Shown: one piece after another, positions 26,977 to 41,556 of the stretch
How positions within the stretch are numbered: position 1 is the first letter of the stretch
Layout of the letters: every line of letters starts with the position of its first letter
Assembly (NCBI GenBank): GCA_964057225.1
Contig: OZ059896.1
Coordinates: 13,392,001-13,456,000, forward strand
From: Auanema rhodensis
Taxonomy: Eukaryota > Animalia > Nematoda
Length of the DNA stretch: 64,000 nt
Direction: 5' to 3'
Translations under genes and position numbers: made by a program
Notes under the pieces: model-generated
The model's database searches: none
The model's input: the letters and a program-made list of their open reading frames with translations, nothing else
Told to the model about the DNA's origin: nothing

Positions 26977-27629
26977 ATAGTTATACTAGTTGTTACATTG
27001 TTATTTTTATTATGAAACTTGTTAAACCTGTTAAAAAAGTGTTTGTTTATATTATCTTGTATTTTATTTGGATAGCTTAAGGTTTTCACCTTGTAATACT
27101 TATTACAATTCAGAATCCATGAAATATGTAAAGATTATGTGATAAATCGACTACTAACACTACAATTTCGTACACTTAATGAACAGAAATATATAACACT
27201 AATGAACACCTGTTGGTTTGTACACTTCCCTTATGCTGGTATTGCTATAGCGTGGTCCATTCTTTAAACTACCTCATCGATCTTCATTGCTATCTACATC
27301 ACTTTCTCATTTTAGTATTTCTCCTCTTCTTTCTTTTTTTGTTTCTTAGGCTCGCGTGATTGAGCGTGAGTTGTCATTTTATCTCACTTATGGTTAAATA
27401 CCGCTTCTTTGCGCTCATTATATTATATCATTTAAAAAGCTAAAAATGTTTTATGTTACATGTATTCATTTTTCTTATATTGTTGCTTCACTTCGAACCT
27501 GTTCTTTTCTTTTATATAGTGTTGTGCTTTATTGATTGTTTAATTCATTAAATGAACTGTCTTTAATCTCATCAAAATTTTCAGATTCTACGGGTTTTCT
27601 ATCATATGGATTACGCCTTGTAATAAAGA

Positions 27630-30600
27630 ATGCCATCAATGGCTGAAGTAAGGAATGGTCGAGGTAAATTCAATATATTCCTATTTTATTCAATGTCTAT
27701 GATATTGTAGATAGTACCGACACTACGCTCTCGCGCTTACTTGCAGCCGCCGATCTTGAAAAGTTAGTTTTGGATTATTTCTCTAAAGATGTGTTATTGT
27801 AGGTATGAGGAGAAGATGCGTGATTCACTGAAGCTTCGCAATGCAGGTGACTTACAATATACTGAGGAACAAGATCTCTCGGGAATAGGTCAGAGTGTTG
27901 AATATACAATTATTCATGATCCGAGTAATTATAGGCATGAGTAGGCCTGAACAAAAACGACTTCGAAAGGAATATGATAAAATGTTTAATTCTGGTTTTG
28001 TTGGCAAACTGAAGAAGGTGTTTGGTCGATCTGAGCATGGAGATAAAAAAGAAAATTTAAACAATTATGAAGAAGATGATGATCAACATGTCATTTTGCC
28101 GGAAAAGTACTGCTCATACATAATTTTTCTTGGCAATTGAAATGTATTTTAGAATCAATTTATGTAAGGAGTTAGGCTCTGGAGAATTTGGAGCTGTCTG
28201 GCAAGCTACTTGGAAAGGTGGCATTTCAGGTCCCGATATGCAAGTAAATAACTAATATTTTATTATATTTACTGTTATCATGGCACAGGTTGCGGTTAAA
28301 TGCATATCTCCGGAGAAAATGTTGACTTCTGCTTCATCGTTTCTTCAAGAAGCATCTATAATGACTAGGATGAAAGATGACAATGTGGTTTGTTCAATTA
28401 GGGTTCTTACTTGATTCAATGTTTACTTAGGTTCGATTATATGGAGTTGTTCTTGATACAAAGCGAACAATGCTTGTGTCAGAATTGGCAGCTCGTGGTT
28501 CTCTGCTGGAATGCTTGCACAAGCCAGCTTTACGAGATCACTTTTCTGTTCATGTGCTTTGTGACTATGCTGAACAAATTGCTAAAGTAAGTTACAAATA
28601 AAGTTTTAAAAAATTGGGATATATTATTCGTCCAGGGAATGTCATATTTGGAATCACAACGTTTGATACACAGAGATCTCGCTGCTCGCAATGTATTAGT
28701 ATTTTCTCTGACTAAAGTTTGAAATAAAAAACAAATCCCTTCTTACCATACTGTTTAGGTTAAAATCTCAGATTTTGGCTTATCAAGATCATTAGGTGTT
28801 GGAGAAGATTATTATAGAAGTGAATTTAGTCCCACCCTAAGGCTGCCTATAGCATGGTGTGCACCAGAATGTATTAATTTTTTGAGAGTATGAAGTTTAA
28901 AGAAGTGTTTTCAAATAATTAAATTTTCAGTTCACATCTGCTTCAGATGTTTGGGCATACGGTGTAACATTATGGGAACTTTTCACGTATGGAAAAATGC
29001 CTTGGGGTGCAATGAATGGAGCAGAGGTGTGGGAGATTGTTTTCGCTTTTTACGTGACACATGTCTCAGATTTTGGAAGCTGTAGATGTTCGTAGGAAAA
29101 TACTAGACAGACCTTCAATCTGTCCTGAAGACATTTATGAAACTATGAAGGAATGCTGGACCCATTCTTATACCGATCGTCCCACATTCGCTCAGATTGT
29201 TACACATTTTCCTGATAGGTTTTTCATAAATGCATATTTAACATGAAGCAAATGTTTAGACTTCCTCAAACATTGCGAGCTGTTAGTGATGTTAAAGATG
29301 GATTACTGGATCATTTGCAGTTTAACAAAAATGATCTGATTACCGTTATTGACAAAACGTATTATTCTTTAGTTTGGCATAGCATCTTAGCATCTTAGTG
29401 TTTAGACCGGCCTCATACCCGGATGGATTCTATTGGTTTGGATCTTTAAGGAACGGTGAAGCGGGTCTATTCAAACCAACTGATACTGTGGCTTATTTAG
29501 GTTAGTAAACTCTTCTCATTTATTATTTAATTTTTAATTTTTAATTTTTATTTAGGCGCTGAATGCCCATCTAATAATAGTATGTTGATACCAAGCTGTG
29601 TTGCTGCAAATGGAGAGAAAAATGAAAAGGAAAAAAAAAGCTCTAAGAAGGTTTATTTATATTTCAAAACACATTTTCATTTATCATTTCAGAGTAAAGA
29701 AGAGGCACGAGAAAAAAGGAAAGCACTTATCAGTGAGCCTGTAGGTGAAGTGAGACACACTTGTCACGTGGGCATAGATGGAACTGCGTTTGGACTTCTT
29801 CAAGTTTGTTAAAACCGAAAAATCACCTTACCAAATTTTTTTGTAGCTAGATAAGAAAGAGTTAGTACCTCCGTCTATATCGCCATCTACAACTCGTTCT
29901 GTTCAGTTCCGACAGGATGCTACGAGGGATGGTATTCATTTGAAAGAAACACGGTCTTTACGAGATATTGTATTATCAGTGAGCACTTTATATCAAAATG
30001 TACCCAAACTCTTCATTTTAGGATCAGCCTACCAGCCCACCTCAGAGTCGTGCTCCACCTTTAAGCTTTAAAACTGTCTCAGGACCTTCATACAATGTAT
30101 GTTTACGTTTGTAGATAACATTTTTTTCAAAAATTTATTGTTTTCATTTTCGAATCGTGGGTGGGGATCGTTTTTTCTGTTTCAATATTATCATTTTTCA
30201 GGACAGTGTTAGCGTTGTTCATACAGATTTACAAAATATGTTTGATGAATTAGATTATTCCTTGAGGTATTTCGATTGTACATTTACTTCTTCTATCTTT
30301 ATTCTCGATACAGAACTCTTGAGACATCTACTCTTTCTTCACCAGATTCGAAACATTTTACATTACCTAAGTCAAAGCCTGCTGTGATATCTGCCGTGTA
30401 CGCTCGAACTCCTAGGTAATTAGTTATATATTCCATTCAGTGTTACACTCATTTTAGCAATGCTTGCGCAGCTTCGGAGAATACCAACGAATCCTTTTTG
30501 GAGACCGAAGTACAACAATTAGAAAGAGACCTCACCGATTTTTCCCTTTCGACTGTCAATGATTTTTCTGATACCCAACTGCTAATCGACCCTAGCAAAG

Positions 30601-31691
30601 AAGAGCGATCGAAACATTCGTAATATTTTTCTTATTTTGAGCAATGACTTTCCTCAATTTATCATTTTAGTCTTCCGGGAAAGCAATCTGTTACAGAAAT
30701 TCGAATGATGACATCTGATGAATTAGCTAAATGGAAAGAAAAGCAGGTTTGTGCTACTGGTTTTTAGCTAGTTTGAAGGTGTACTTTTAGGCTAGGGAGC
30801 ACAAACGCGCGGAAGAGTTTTTGATAGAAGGGAAACGTAACGAATCTATCTTTCTTGGAAAAGCTCAGCCACCTAATCAAATGTAAAATCTTGATTTAAT
30901 ATACTTCGATACGTTAACTAGTTTCAGAAACTCATCATTACCTGGATTGAATACACTCTCGGAATGGTCATCGGAGGCTCAAGAAGCTTACAAACTACTA
31001 GTGGAATGTGGGACTTCATTGAAAAGAACTCCTTCACCTGGCCCATCGTGGAATAACACACTGGAAAAACGCGATGGCGAGGTATGTTAGCTTTAAACTA
31101 AACCTCATAGGTATATCTTCTTCAGGTTGCAAATAAGGTCAGGTTAACATCTCCACCTAGACCAGCTACTCCTCCTAGAGAAGAAGTATGTGAAAACGTC
31201 ACAAACTATTATCCGCAGAAAAAGGTTCACATAGTGGAAACTAAGTTATTGAATGGTCCCGTGCGTGATTTGATTCCTACGATTGAGAGTAGTTTGATTA
31301 ACAGTCCTCCTGGATTACCCCCTAAAGGCGAGATTAAACAACCTCCTGGTTTACCACCGAAGATGCGACAAGTAAAGAAATTCATAATTTAAATCACCAA
31401 CTTTGTCTTTTCTAGGTCCCTGTTTCCATCGACGGTAGAATAAATTACGATAACTTGAATGGAATAGGAGCCGGAAAATGCCCTCCTCCTGTTCCTCCGA
31501 AACCAAAAGTGACGTATGTTTTTTTTTGGTTTTTATGAAGCCTAAAACAGTTCTTTTTCAGTTTTCAAGCATCTACATCACCACCACCTGCTGCTAGTAG
31601 TGTGACTCGAGATTCTCCGGGTTTCGCTACATCCATAGCTAGAAGCACATTGTTTTCTGCGAACAAAAAAGAAGAAATTGTCAAGTTTTAG
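27630..31691 (+). CDS. ark-1: ACK-related non-receptor tyrosine kinase (SAM, kinase, SH3, CRIB, Pro-rich tail)
   Basis: [11 protein letters not shown] (SAM), [42 protein letters not shown]3 [41 protein letters not shown]. Confidence 0.93.
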
Positions 31692-34666
31692 TTAAGATGT
31701 TTCATAATGTTTTTATTTATTATTTTTCTAAACTATCTCGGTGCTCAGTACAATATTGTGATTCTTGCCTCCTGATCTTAGTATTAACATGCTATACCTT
31801 TAGAGAAATTTAGAACTACATGTTTTGCCGCTGCGGAATGGCAGTTAATTTTAATTCATTCCGGAATTCTTCCGGTTTACATGATAGATGATTGAATTGT
31901 TCAAAACAAGCCGTTGTTGTTGCATTTTATATAATTTTGTCTGTATATGTTTCTCATCTCATAATTCAAAGTTCATAATTTTTTAACATGTGCCCCAAAT
32001 TGCCAATTGTATATAGATTCTCTAAATGTGGCCATGCGTTTCCAATGTAAGATATTAAAGTTTCAACATTGAATATTATTATTTCGATTCTTTAACTATT
32101 GTAAATATTTTCGTGTTCTGTTCATTCGTCATCTGGGAACCATCATATTACAGCATTTTTTTCCAAAATCAGAATTGAATTACAGGCTCTCTTTGAGGAC
32201 AATCATGATTGAAATCCCTAATCTTTTTCTCGAACTGTCTTCCTCGAAGACAGACGACGATTTAATAGACAGAGAACCAGGAATCTGGGCTGCTGTCACG
32301 ATTTGCTGTTAGCCGCCTTGTATTCCTTTCACTCTTGTCTATCTGCGGGAGATTAACGTTGCGCGCAATATAACGTTCTCTTTTCTTTATCTCTACCAAA
32401 CTTATTCTCTCATTCATTTTCTGTTATTTCGCTCACTTTCCAACCTCTCCGTTCTCCCCTTCTATATTTCTATCCTGCGCTCTCATGAATAAGCATACAT
32501 TGTACATTATATGATATAAGCTTCTGCCAGATGTTTCTATAAGCGTTACTTCCTTCTCTGTTCCACGAATTTTCGTTCCAAAATATCACTTTCATAAACA
32601 CTTTTCAACTATAATGTAAACTAACGTCATCTAAATTCGTAATATAGATGAGCAAAGGATGTATTAGTCGGTTTAAACGGCCAAAACTTCGAGTATATAG
32701 CGATATTGTATATAAAACAACTGAAGATTAAGCACTGTTTGTTCAATTACTATCGTAATTCTTATCTTTGTTTTGTTTTCAATCGATACATCATTTGCTC
32801 TTCATATTGTTAGTATTATTTGGCAGATGTGAAATAATCTCTCTTGCATCCAATTTCCTATCTGTTTTTATTTTCCTTTTATCATTCACCACCACCTATT
32901 ATCCATGATTATCGAAATATCATCAGTGAATCAATGCTAGATCATGATCACGACAATTTACTTCATATAAAATTTCATAGAATTTTTTTCTTAATCATAT
33001 CTAGAATCTATATCTTATTATAAATTTCCAGTTTTCAAGTTTCTTATTTTTATAAATGTATTTACAAATATTATCAAACTTTTTAGACGAACAGTACTTC
33101 TTAAAAGATTTTTCTGTTCAAATGCAGCCGAGTATGAATCTATTTTTAAAGTAAAATGCTGATCGGTCGATTGCATTCCAATGCTCCACATCGTCTTCCC
33201 TATCTTTCTTTTCTCTCTCCCACTTTCTCTTTTTCTTTTTCATTTTTAATATTTCTTTTTTTTTAAATATAGTTTGTTATGAATTTTCATTCTGTTTATA
33301 ATAAGGTATGTTTGGTTAGAAATGAAAATACAAACAATGCGTTGGAGGAATAAACGAATATTTTAACGGAACGTAGAAAACTGACAGCTACTTCTCTATT
33401 GTCAAAACTGTATTTGGTCTCTGTCTCACTACTCAAATCCGTAGCTCTTTTATGTTGATTCTGATCACCACTATACTGATTCATTTGTTCTTACTTATAT
33501 CTCTTTCTCCCGCTCTTTATTCGGCAACTTTTTCGATGTTAACTAATTCAAATGAATTATAACAATCCAATTACCACCCCAACCTTGGTTGTGTAATTGT
33601 TTGAAGCTTTTGATTTGCTAGTCCTAAATACTCTATTCATCATTGGAGGTCCACCACCTACACTTCGTGCGCTTACTAAACATGACTCATATAGTCGAAT
33701 TTTGATTATTACAAATAAATTTGACGTTATCGTTTACAGTCGATAAGAATGTCCATGCTTCTCAAAACGCTGCAGCATTAGTTTGGTAGGACTGGTTGCG
33801 GAAATTTGACTATATAGACAGTTTCTTTACATGTTCAATATTCTTTCAATGTTTTGATCTTCTACTGATTCACTTGCTTATTTTTCGTTTATATCACATA
33901 CATTCTTTTATGAATTCACACTTTTCCTTATCATTGACTTTTCTTCGAATTAAATTAGAAATATTTGACTAATCGTAGAACACTTTCCCGTGCGTGGTTC
34001 TTTATTGATTTGTACCGGAGAGTGCTGTACAGATGATAGAAGGCTAGAGAGGACCAGAGAAGAGACGGTCATTGTCTGACCACGCAGATCTATTATGTTC
34101 AGAGTCATGTGTGTAGGTCGTTGACAGAATCATAGTTATCTACGGGAAACTTTTCAAATTTTTTTCTTCTTCAATCAATGAGCTCTCTCTCTCTCAAGTA
34201 TTAATCTTTAGTTTTCAACTTGATGAAAATATCGAACTCCGCGTGAGTACGTTAAGCGAAAAAATGGGGTGTGTTACCTTTATTGATTATAATTCTATTC
34301 ATAATATCCATCTGTGGTTTTTCTCAATACAAAAGCTTGGGCGTCTATATTTCATATATTTATTGCTACCTATTCTATTTCTAATTAATTACCTTTATAA
34401 ATTCTTTTTTCCTAAAATATTATATACAATTACATTATTGTAATTCAATTATTATATATTCCTTTACAATTTTACTTTTATGCATTGTTTGTTTCTTTCA
34501 GTTCATTACCAAAATATGTTTTTTTTTATTTTGACGCAATGTTTTCTTATTGTTCGAAAACAATTTTGATCATTTTTTCCTTTATTTTCTACACCGTACG
34601 TTCTTTGTTTATTTGAATTCCTTAGGTTATGCAATTGCAGTTTCTTATGGTTTTTACCTTGCCTCA

Positions 34667-37600
34667 ATGAATACAGCTCATAACATAAATGTCAGTATTG
34701 CTGATGTTATAGAGGTAGTTATTCTGTTAATGTGAATTTAATTATCTCTTTTTTTATAAAGGTACGTGGGAGTGGACTAGAACCTATTGAGCTTCTTGCA
34801 TTAGCATCTGCAGCATCTGATTGTTTGCCTGCTTGTCCTCGTGGTACTGTTTTCGATCCTGAGAACGTCTTCATTACAAATGATGGCAAAGTTGTAGTAA
34901 GTTTCGAGCTTCTTTCAAGTTTTTATTCTTTTTTTTCCGATTCGTACTGTACCTGTAATTTCTGTTGAACCCGAATTCGTTCCACCAGAATGGGAAAGAA
35001 ACGAAAGTAGTGATTCAGCTGCTGCTGTATATTGCTTGGGAGCAGGTAATTTTTAGTAATTGAAGTTATTTGCCAACATCTAATATTTAGTTTTACGAGC
35101 CTGTGGCGCTCAGGAGTCTAATGATGTGGATTTGTTCTCTCTAGTAAATATTCTGACTGTGGGACATGTTGGTACAAGACCTACCGCAAATCGTATGAGT
35201 CAAATTGCCAGGTTTTAATTTGCATCTCTTTCAAGCTTTATTTTATTTGTTTTAGAAAACAACTTGGGAGTAGCGATCCACGAGAAGTTCTCTTATGCTT
35301 GTACGAAGAAATTATGGGAGATGAGGAGAGTAATCAGGTACTGTTTTGCTGATATATACATTTGTTGCTTTAATTTGATGAAAACAAGTTTTTTATTCGT
35401 TTTAGATTCCCGAGGATGGTCTTGATTATGACGACTTAGATATTGGAGAAGATGTTTCACCTAGTACAACATTGCCAAAAATCAAAAAGGCTGTTGAGTA
35501 TATTGAAGAAGATGAGAAAGAATATCGTGGTAAGTATCATGTAATTCCTGCCAAACTTAATGTTCGTTTTAAGCAACGTCAACATCAACATCATCAGGAA
35601 ATAGTACCCAAAAGGATAGCTCTCCATTCGAAGAAGATATAGAAGAAGAAGAAATTCATGAACAGCAAGGTATTAGTATTTGAAATTGATTCTATTATCT
35701 TCGTTTGTTATTCTAGTTCCAAATATTGATAGAACACGATTTTCGCCTAAAGCTTTGAGTACTCCAGTTGGCGACATCGGATCACCCATAGGGAATAGTA
35801 CTCGATTGAATGAATCATATGTAGAAGAACATTCAATAAGATCATTCAATGATAACTTTGTCAAATCTAATGAAGTTAATCCGTTTGAAAATGAAGAGTT
35901 ACATCATGGTGGAACGTTAACAGGACGTGATCCTTTTGCAGATGAGGTGCATTTTCTTAGTTTTCTATTCAACTTATATAAAATATTTAGCAATCTTCTC
36001 ATAATAATTCTTCGTTGCAACGATCCAGCGTTTTGGATTTCAGCAAGAAATCTCCGGAAATAGATCATACTGTTCCCAGCAAATCTCCATTAGCTCATAG
36101 GTATTTTAGTGTATAACCATTTTTAAATCAATTGATTCATGCAGGTTTTCGTCTTCTTCTGACGAAGTCGTCGATGTTCTTCATCATGATTTTGAAGTCG
36201 AATTCTTGAAACCTAAATCAAGGGCAAGCTACTTTGACGAAATCGGTTTTAGTAATTTCTCCTTCAAACTTATTTTGATTCATTTCAGTTGATGATGAGA
36301 AAGTCGAGGTTACAGAAAAAGTGCCAGAATTGGATAGAGATACTTCTCCTCATATCTATGACGCTCCCATAATCCGTATGAAAATATTGTACTTTGTTTA
36401 TTTTTGAACTGTATTTTAGCTCCTCCACGATCTCGTAGAAATTCCTCAAATGTTCAACTTGAACGTTTAAAAGAGCAGACTGATAGTATCAGGGCTACTG
36501 TAGAAAAATTAAGTGAGGAATCGTATGAAATTGACGATGAGATCAACAGAAGTCATGTTGATGCTGTTGTGATTACTGTAATAATTAGATTCAAGTTGAA
36601 ATTTTAAAAGTTTACATCCAGGAAACTCGTTCAACCCTCGTAAAACAACATGTTCCCAAAGAAGATGTGGATGAAGTTGAGACGCCGATTGAACTTGCTT
36701 TCATTCAAGCCATGAAGGACAGTACTGGTACTTTACCGAAACCTGTCGAAGATCGCTCAGTATTCCCGGTTATTAAAACTCCTGGTATGTAGGTGATTGA
36801 AAAATGTATAAGAATCATTTCTTATAGACTCACCTCGCTTGGAAAGGCGTAATTCCTTGGCTCCTTCAAGAATCAGTGGAAGGGCTAGTACTAGAGGCAA
36901 AAGAAAGGTAATTCGTGATTAGATATATCGTTGAAATATTTTGTTTTTTAAGACCCGAGCTCTGCCTGAGTTTTATGATAACTCTCGACATCCTAGCATT
37001 CGACTTAAAGCACCTAGTGCTAAGAAGGTATAAACATTATTCAATTTATCTAATTATTGCTTTATATTAGAAGAAGCTAACGATTCTCCGTGTAGAACAA
37101 TCAGAAGTTCTTGTCGAACTTCTAAATGGACAGCGAGTCGAGGTAAGTGGCTAGTTTATCTTTTTTTCTCAGTTGTGATGGTTTTTGATTTTTCTTAATG
37201 CTTCAAACTGTTTGTTAACCGTGTTTTGATCTTTGATATTCAGGTTAGCTGCCGTACTGATGTAATTGCCAGAGATATTTTCTCTTTGGTTGTTCAACAT
37301 ATGAATATTAATGAACATATATTTTTTGGACTTTCATATAAGAAAGGTTCAAATTTATTAATTGTATTCTTCAAAACAAACTAACTTATTCCAGATAATG
37401 AACATTTTTTTATTGATGATAACCAACGACTAGAAAAGTTTGCTCCGCCTGGCTGGAAAATAGGAAATCGGGGACCTCATAGACATAATTTTATCTTGTT
37501 CCTTCGTTTCCGATTTTATCCTCAAATGCTAGAATTCATCAAGTATGTTGTTTATTGTTGTTGTTGTACTTAATACGTTATCTTAGAACTGATACGACCA

Positions 37601-40600
37601 TGCACGAGCTTTATCTTCAAGTCCGCCATGACGTGATCGATGAGCGTCTTCAACCTAAGCGAAATGTTGCTTACGAGCTCGCAGCTCTTGCACTGCAAGC
37701 CGAATTTGGAAACCGCCCCCCTCCTGCTGTTGTAGATTACTTTGACAACTATCATTATTTATCTAGAGTTAGTATTTAATTGTCTTCAGTTTTCTACTTT
37801 GTATTGCATTTAAGAAGTACTGTAGTAATAATGATCATGAGAGACTTGCTGAACTTCATGGCCAACATAAGGGACTTTCTCAATATGACGCAGAATACAA
37901 GTATATTCAGGTAGTTCTAGAAAAAAATTAATTGCTTAATATTTTTTTGTAGATTTGTCAACAACATGGGGAATTTGGTGCTCATTTTCATAGAGTATTC
38001 CGAAACAAGCCAGTTGGTGCTGTTGGAGCTGATCCTCTTGATCCTGATACTGGAGCTTCTCTTTGGATTGCTATTATGCCTCGAGGTATTACTGTGTACG
38101 AAGAGCAGGTAAGAATAACTTACATTTATCGCATTGTTCTAAATTCGACTGTTTAAGGGTGGTGTGCGTATGAGAAAATCTGAACATCAATGGCCTGAAA
38201 CACAAACATTACAATTTGACAAGAAACGGTTTGTGATTGTCAGTGGTCAACACGATGAAACCGTTCTTTTCACTGATCATCATACAAAGTTTGTTTTTCT
38301 GGATTTGATCCTTAAATTCTTTTGTTTCTAGGAGTAGTTACTTTGTAAAATTTTCCGCTTCACAACATCATTTTATGATGAAGATGAGGAAATGGAAAAC
38401 AACTCTTCGGCACGAAAACACAATCCAGGCTATGCCTGATGTCTGCGTCGAAGGTCGTGCTCCTCCTTCTCCAATTGGTAAGATTTAAAGATTATTTTTA
38501 TGAGTATCGTGTTGTGAATGTTGTGTTGTGTTGTAGTAACTTCTACTTCTCCCCTGGAGAACGCTTCGAGCCTATTCGAAATGATGCCCTCAACAGCAAA
38601 TACAATTGATAGAAATGATCCACCTTCTACTTCACAAGAGGAACGCTTTCCTCGAAGGCATTCTGTCGTAGAACCTCAGCCCAGTTTGTTTTTCTATTCT
38701 TGCTTTTCGATATTTTGAATCCTATATCTTTTTTAAAAAATGGTTGCTTTTCAGGTGCAACAGTTGAAAAATTTGAACATACAACAAGTCCAGATTCGAA
38801 CGGAGAATATCCTCAAATGCAATTTGAAGTCATCATCAAGAAGGTCTGATTCAATGGAAAAATATTTTTGGTAACTAATATATTTTAGGATCCATCTACG
38901 GGATTAGGATTGACATTGGTTGACAGCTGTTTAAATGGAGTTAAAGGTGTTTATGTTAAATCTGTTGCTGAAAATGGAGCCGGCATGCAAGCTGTAAGCT
39001 TTCTTTCACATACAAAAATATTTTTATTTATTTTTTAGGGTATTCATGTGGGAGATCGCTTAATCTCTGTTGATGGTCAATCTTTACAAGGAGCTGACAG
39101 ACATTTAGCTGTAGAATATGTGAAGAGAAGTGGAAATGCTGTACGCATGGAAATCGATCGTCTTGATGGTTTCGTACGACACGAGAAATCAGGTGAATCT
39201 TTTTTTGTTTAATATTGGTGTGTATTTCATTCTTTCTTTATTGCTTTTGTGGTTGTATAGTAGTTTTTGTTTTGTAGTGTCTCGTGATAGTGTTGATAAT
39301 CGTAAAAAGCCCAGCAATGGATCTGCTTCAGGATTAGTACTTCCCTCATCAAAAGGTTTTGATTTTTAAAAAAACTTAATAGCTTCTTTTATCAAGAGCT
39401 GACTTAAAGTAGTTTTTTAAATTTTTTAGGTGTATCGCGAACTCCCCCTGCTCCAAGAAAAGCAACCAATCGTCGTCAGCGAGCAGTCTCTGACTTTGGA
39501 GCAATCGGAGATAGTTTCCCCACATTCAATATAGAAAATACCTTGGATTTGAGAGCCATTTCTGGGTTTGATATAGCAGGTGTTCTTGAAGCTTATTGTA
39601 TTATACTCTAGAATCAATTTGGATGAATCAGATGAAGAACGAGGAGAATTTCGTTTACCAACATCGTCCATGTACTCTTTTGATCATCACGACGACGATG
39701 ATATCACGACTGTTGAAAAGGTAATTATCATAATTTATATCTTTGCATTTGGTATTTTTAAATCTAGAAGACTTCTGAATATACACGAATTTCTGATGGA
39801 TCACCTAGTCATCCACCAAAACGAAAAAATAGATATGCTAGAAAGTCCAATCTTGATAGTACTGATGAAGTTGATGAAGAAAGGGAGGAGGATGATGAAA
39901 ATGAAGACGATGAAGACGATGAAGATACTGATTATATTGAGGTTTAATATAAATGCTTAATTTGAGCATTCAGTATTTTTGCAGGTTGCTTTGGAGCGTA
40001 ATGATTCTGGAAGCATTGGCGTACAAATAGCTTCTGTTGGAAGAAGAGTTTGTATCAAAAAACTAACGGCACCCCCAGCTGCTGGACATCCAGACTTAAA
40101 AGTTGGAATGCAATTGATCTCAGTATGCAAAAAAATATTCGATTCAAAATTAAAATTAAATTTTTAGGTGAATGGGCAAGCGGTGTCAGGATGTACTCAC
40201 CAAGAAGTTGTATCAACGCTACGTAATGGAGGGCCAATCATTGTACTTGGACTACGTAGAGAAGAAACCGCGGAGCCAGCCAATACAAAAGGATCTATTA
40301 CAGTCCTTTTAGATAAACAACCTAATGAAACCTTAGGTAATATAACATTTTATGTTCATAATATAGTTTGTTTCTAGGTATTTCTTTGGCTAAGAGAACA
40401 GGTATAGAAGGCATTTTCATAAGATCCATAGCTGAAAATTCTGTTGTTGCTTTAGAAGGTTAATTAATATTTATTTTATTTTATTATATTTTTGTTTTTA
40501 AGGCTCATTGAAAGTAGGAGATCGCGTATTGGCTATTGATGGACAATCTACAGACGGGTTATCACCGAATGCCATTCTGAATAAGCTTAAACTCATAATC

Positions 40601-40630
40601 GGACCTGTTCAGATTTCTGTTGCTCGATGA
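34667..40630 (+). CDS. KIND-FERM-PDZ scaffold (PTPN13/FRMPD2-like, nematode frm-5-like) without a phosphatase domain
   Basis: VSIADVIEVRGSGL (KIND, compare PTPN13 VSLAEALEVRGGPL); FERM VELLNGQRVEV, FFGLS, LAALALQAEFG, FDKKRFVI; three PDZ domains (GLGLTL, SIGVQI, TLGISL). Confidence 0.88.
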
Positions 40631-41556
40631 ACGTCACGAAAACAAACTAATAATCCATCTTAAATTTCTATTTTTTTTATTCACAATCATTAATTTCACT
40701 TATCCATATATCTACTTACATCTCTGCTCATAGATGCTTAATGGGTTGTTGTCGAAAAAGAAGCAGTGCCTGTTTGTTGCTCATTGTTATGTTTGAAATA
40801 TTCTATTTAGATAATTACGAAATCTGTTCATGACGTTTTCGGTATCGATCATGATGTGATATCTCCTTGGGTTTTAAACTGTAATAATTTATATATCTTT
40901 AGCTTGTTTTAAACTATAAAAGCTTGTCGTTGTATAATTTATTATACCTATTCATAAAACTTGCCTCAAAAAATGTTTTTTTCTGTTATATTCATGTTGA
41001 AAATTAAGAACTATAGGTTCAATTTTCTTCTAATAGTAATATATTGAGAAAGTTTTAGCAGCTACCATCGGTTATAAATAATGTATGAAAATAATTTGAC
41101 GATGTGACGATCATGGTGATACTCAACATAGTTGAAAGTAGAAAGTCACTTTAGTCTTGTCAATGTCTAAATCTCAAATGAGAATTGATTTTATTTACAA
41201 GAACTTCTGAAGTACATGACAATTCTATTTGTTATAAATTTTCACTCAATCAGCTTTTCATAGCCTGGTGTCACATGATATGCGCTAACCTTTCTTACTG
41301 GCAAAAACAATGTGTAGTGCGCGAAATTCGTGTGGAGCTTCATCAATATAAAAACTAACTTTATTTTAAAGTTTTAGTGATAGATAGTGCTCATTTAGGT
41401 ATAAAAAATTATTAAAATTAATTTTTGCTTATTGTGATCTTTCATTTTGTTTTAAATGAATCTGTATATATCTCACAATATGTAGATGGAATAAATTCGT
41501 AATTCAATGTGTTTCTATTGTTTGTTCCACAGTTTCATTTTATTTTAATATTAAGA

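Noticed and set aside
31834-31864. Hairpin CGGAATG...CATTCCG in the ark-1 3' UTR (and CTGTCTTC/GAAGACAG at ~32235)
   Set aside because: Stems of 7-8 bp are too short for a pre-miRNA and are expected by chance.
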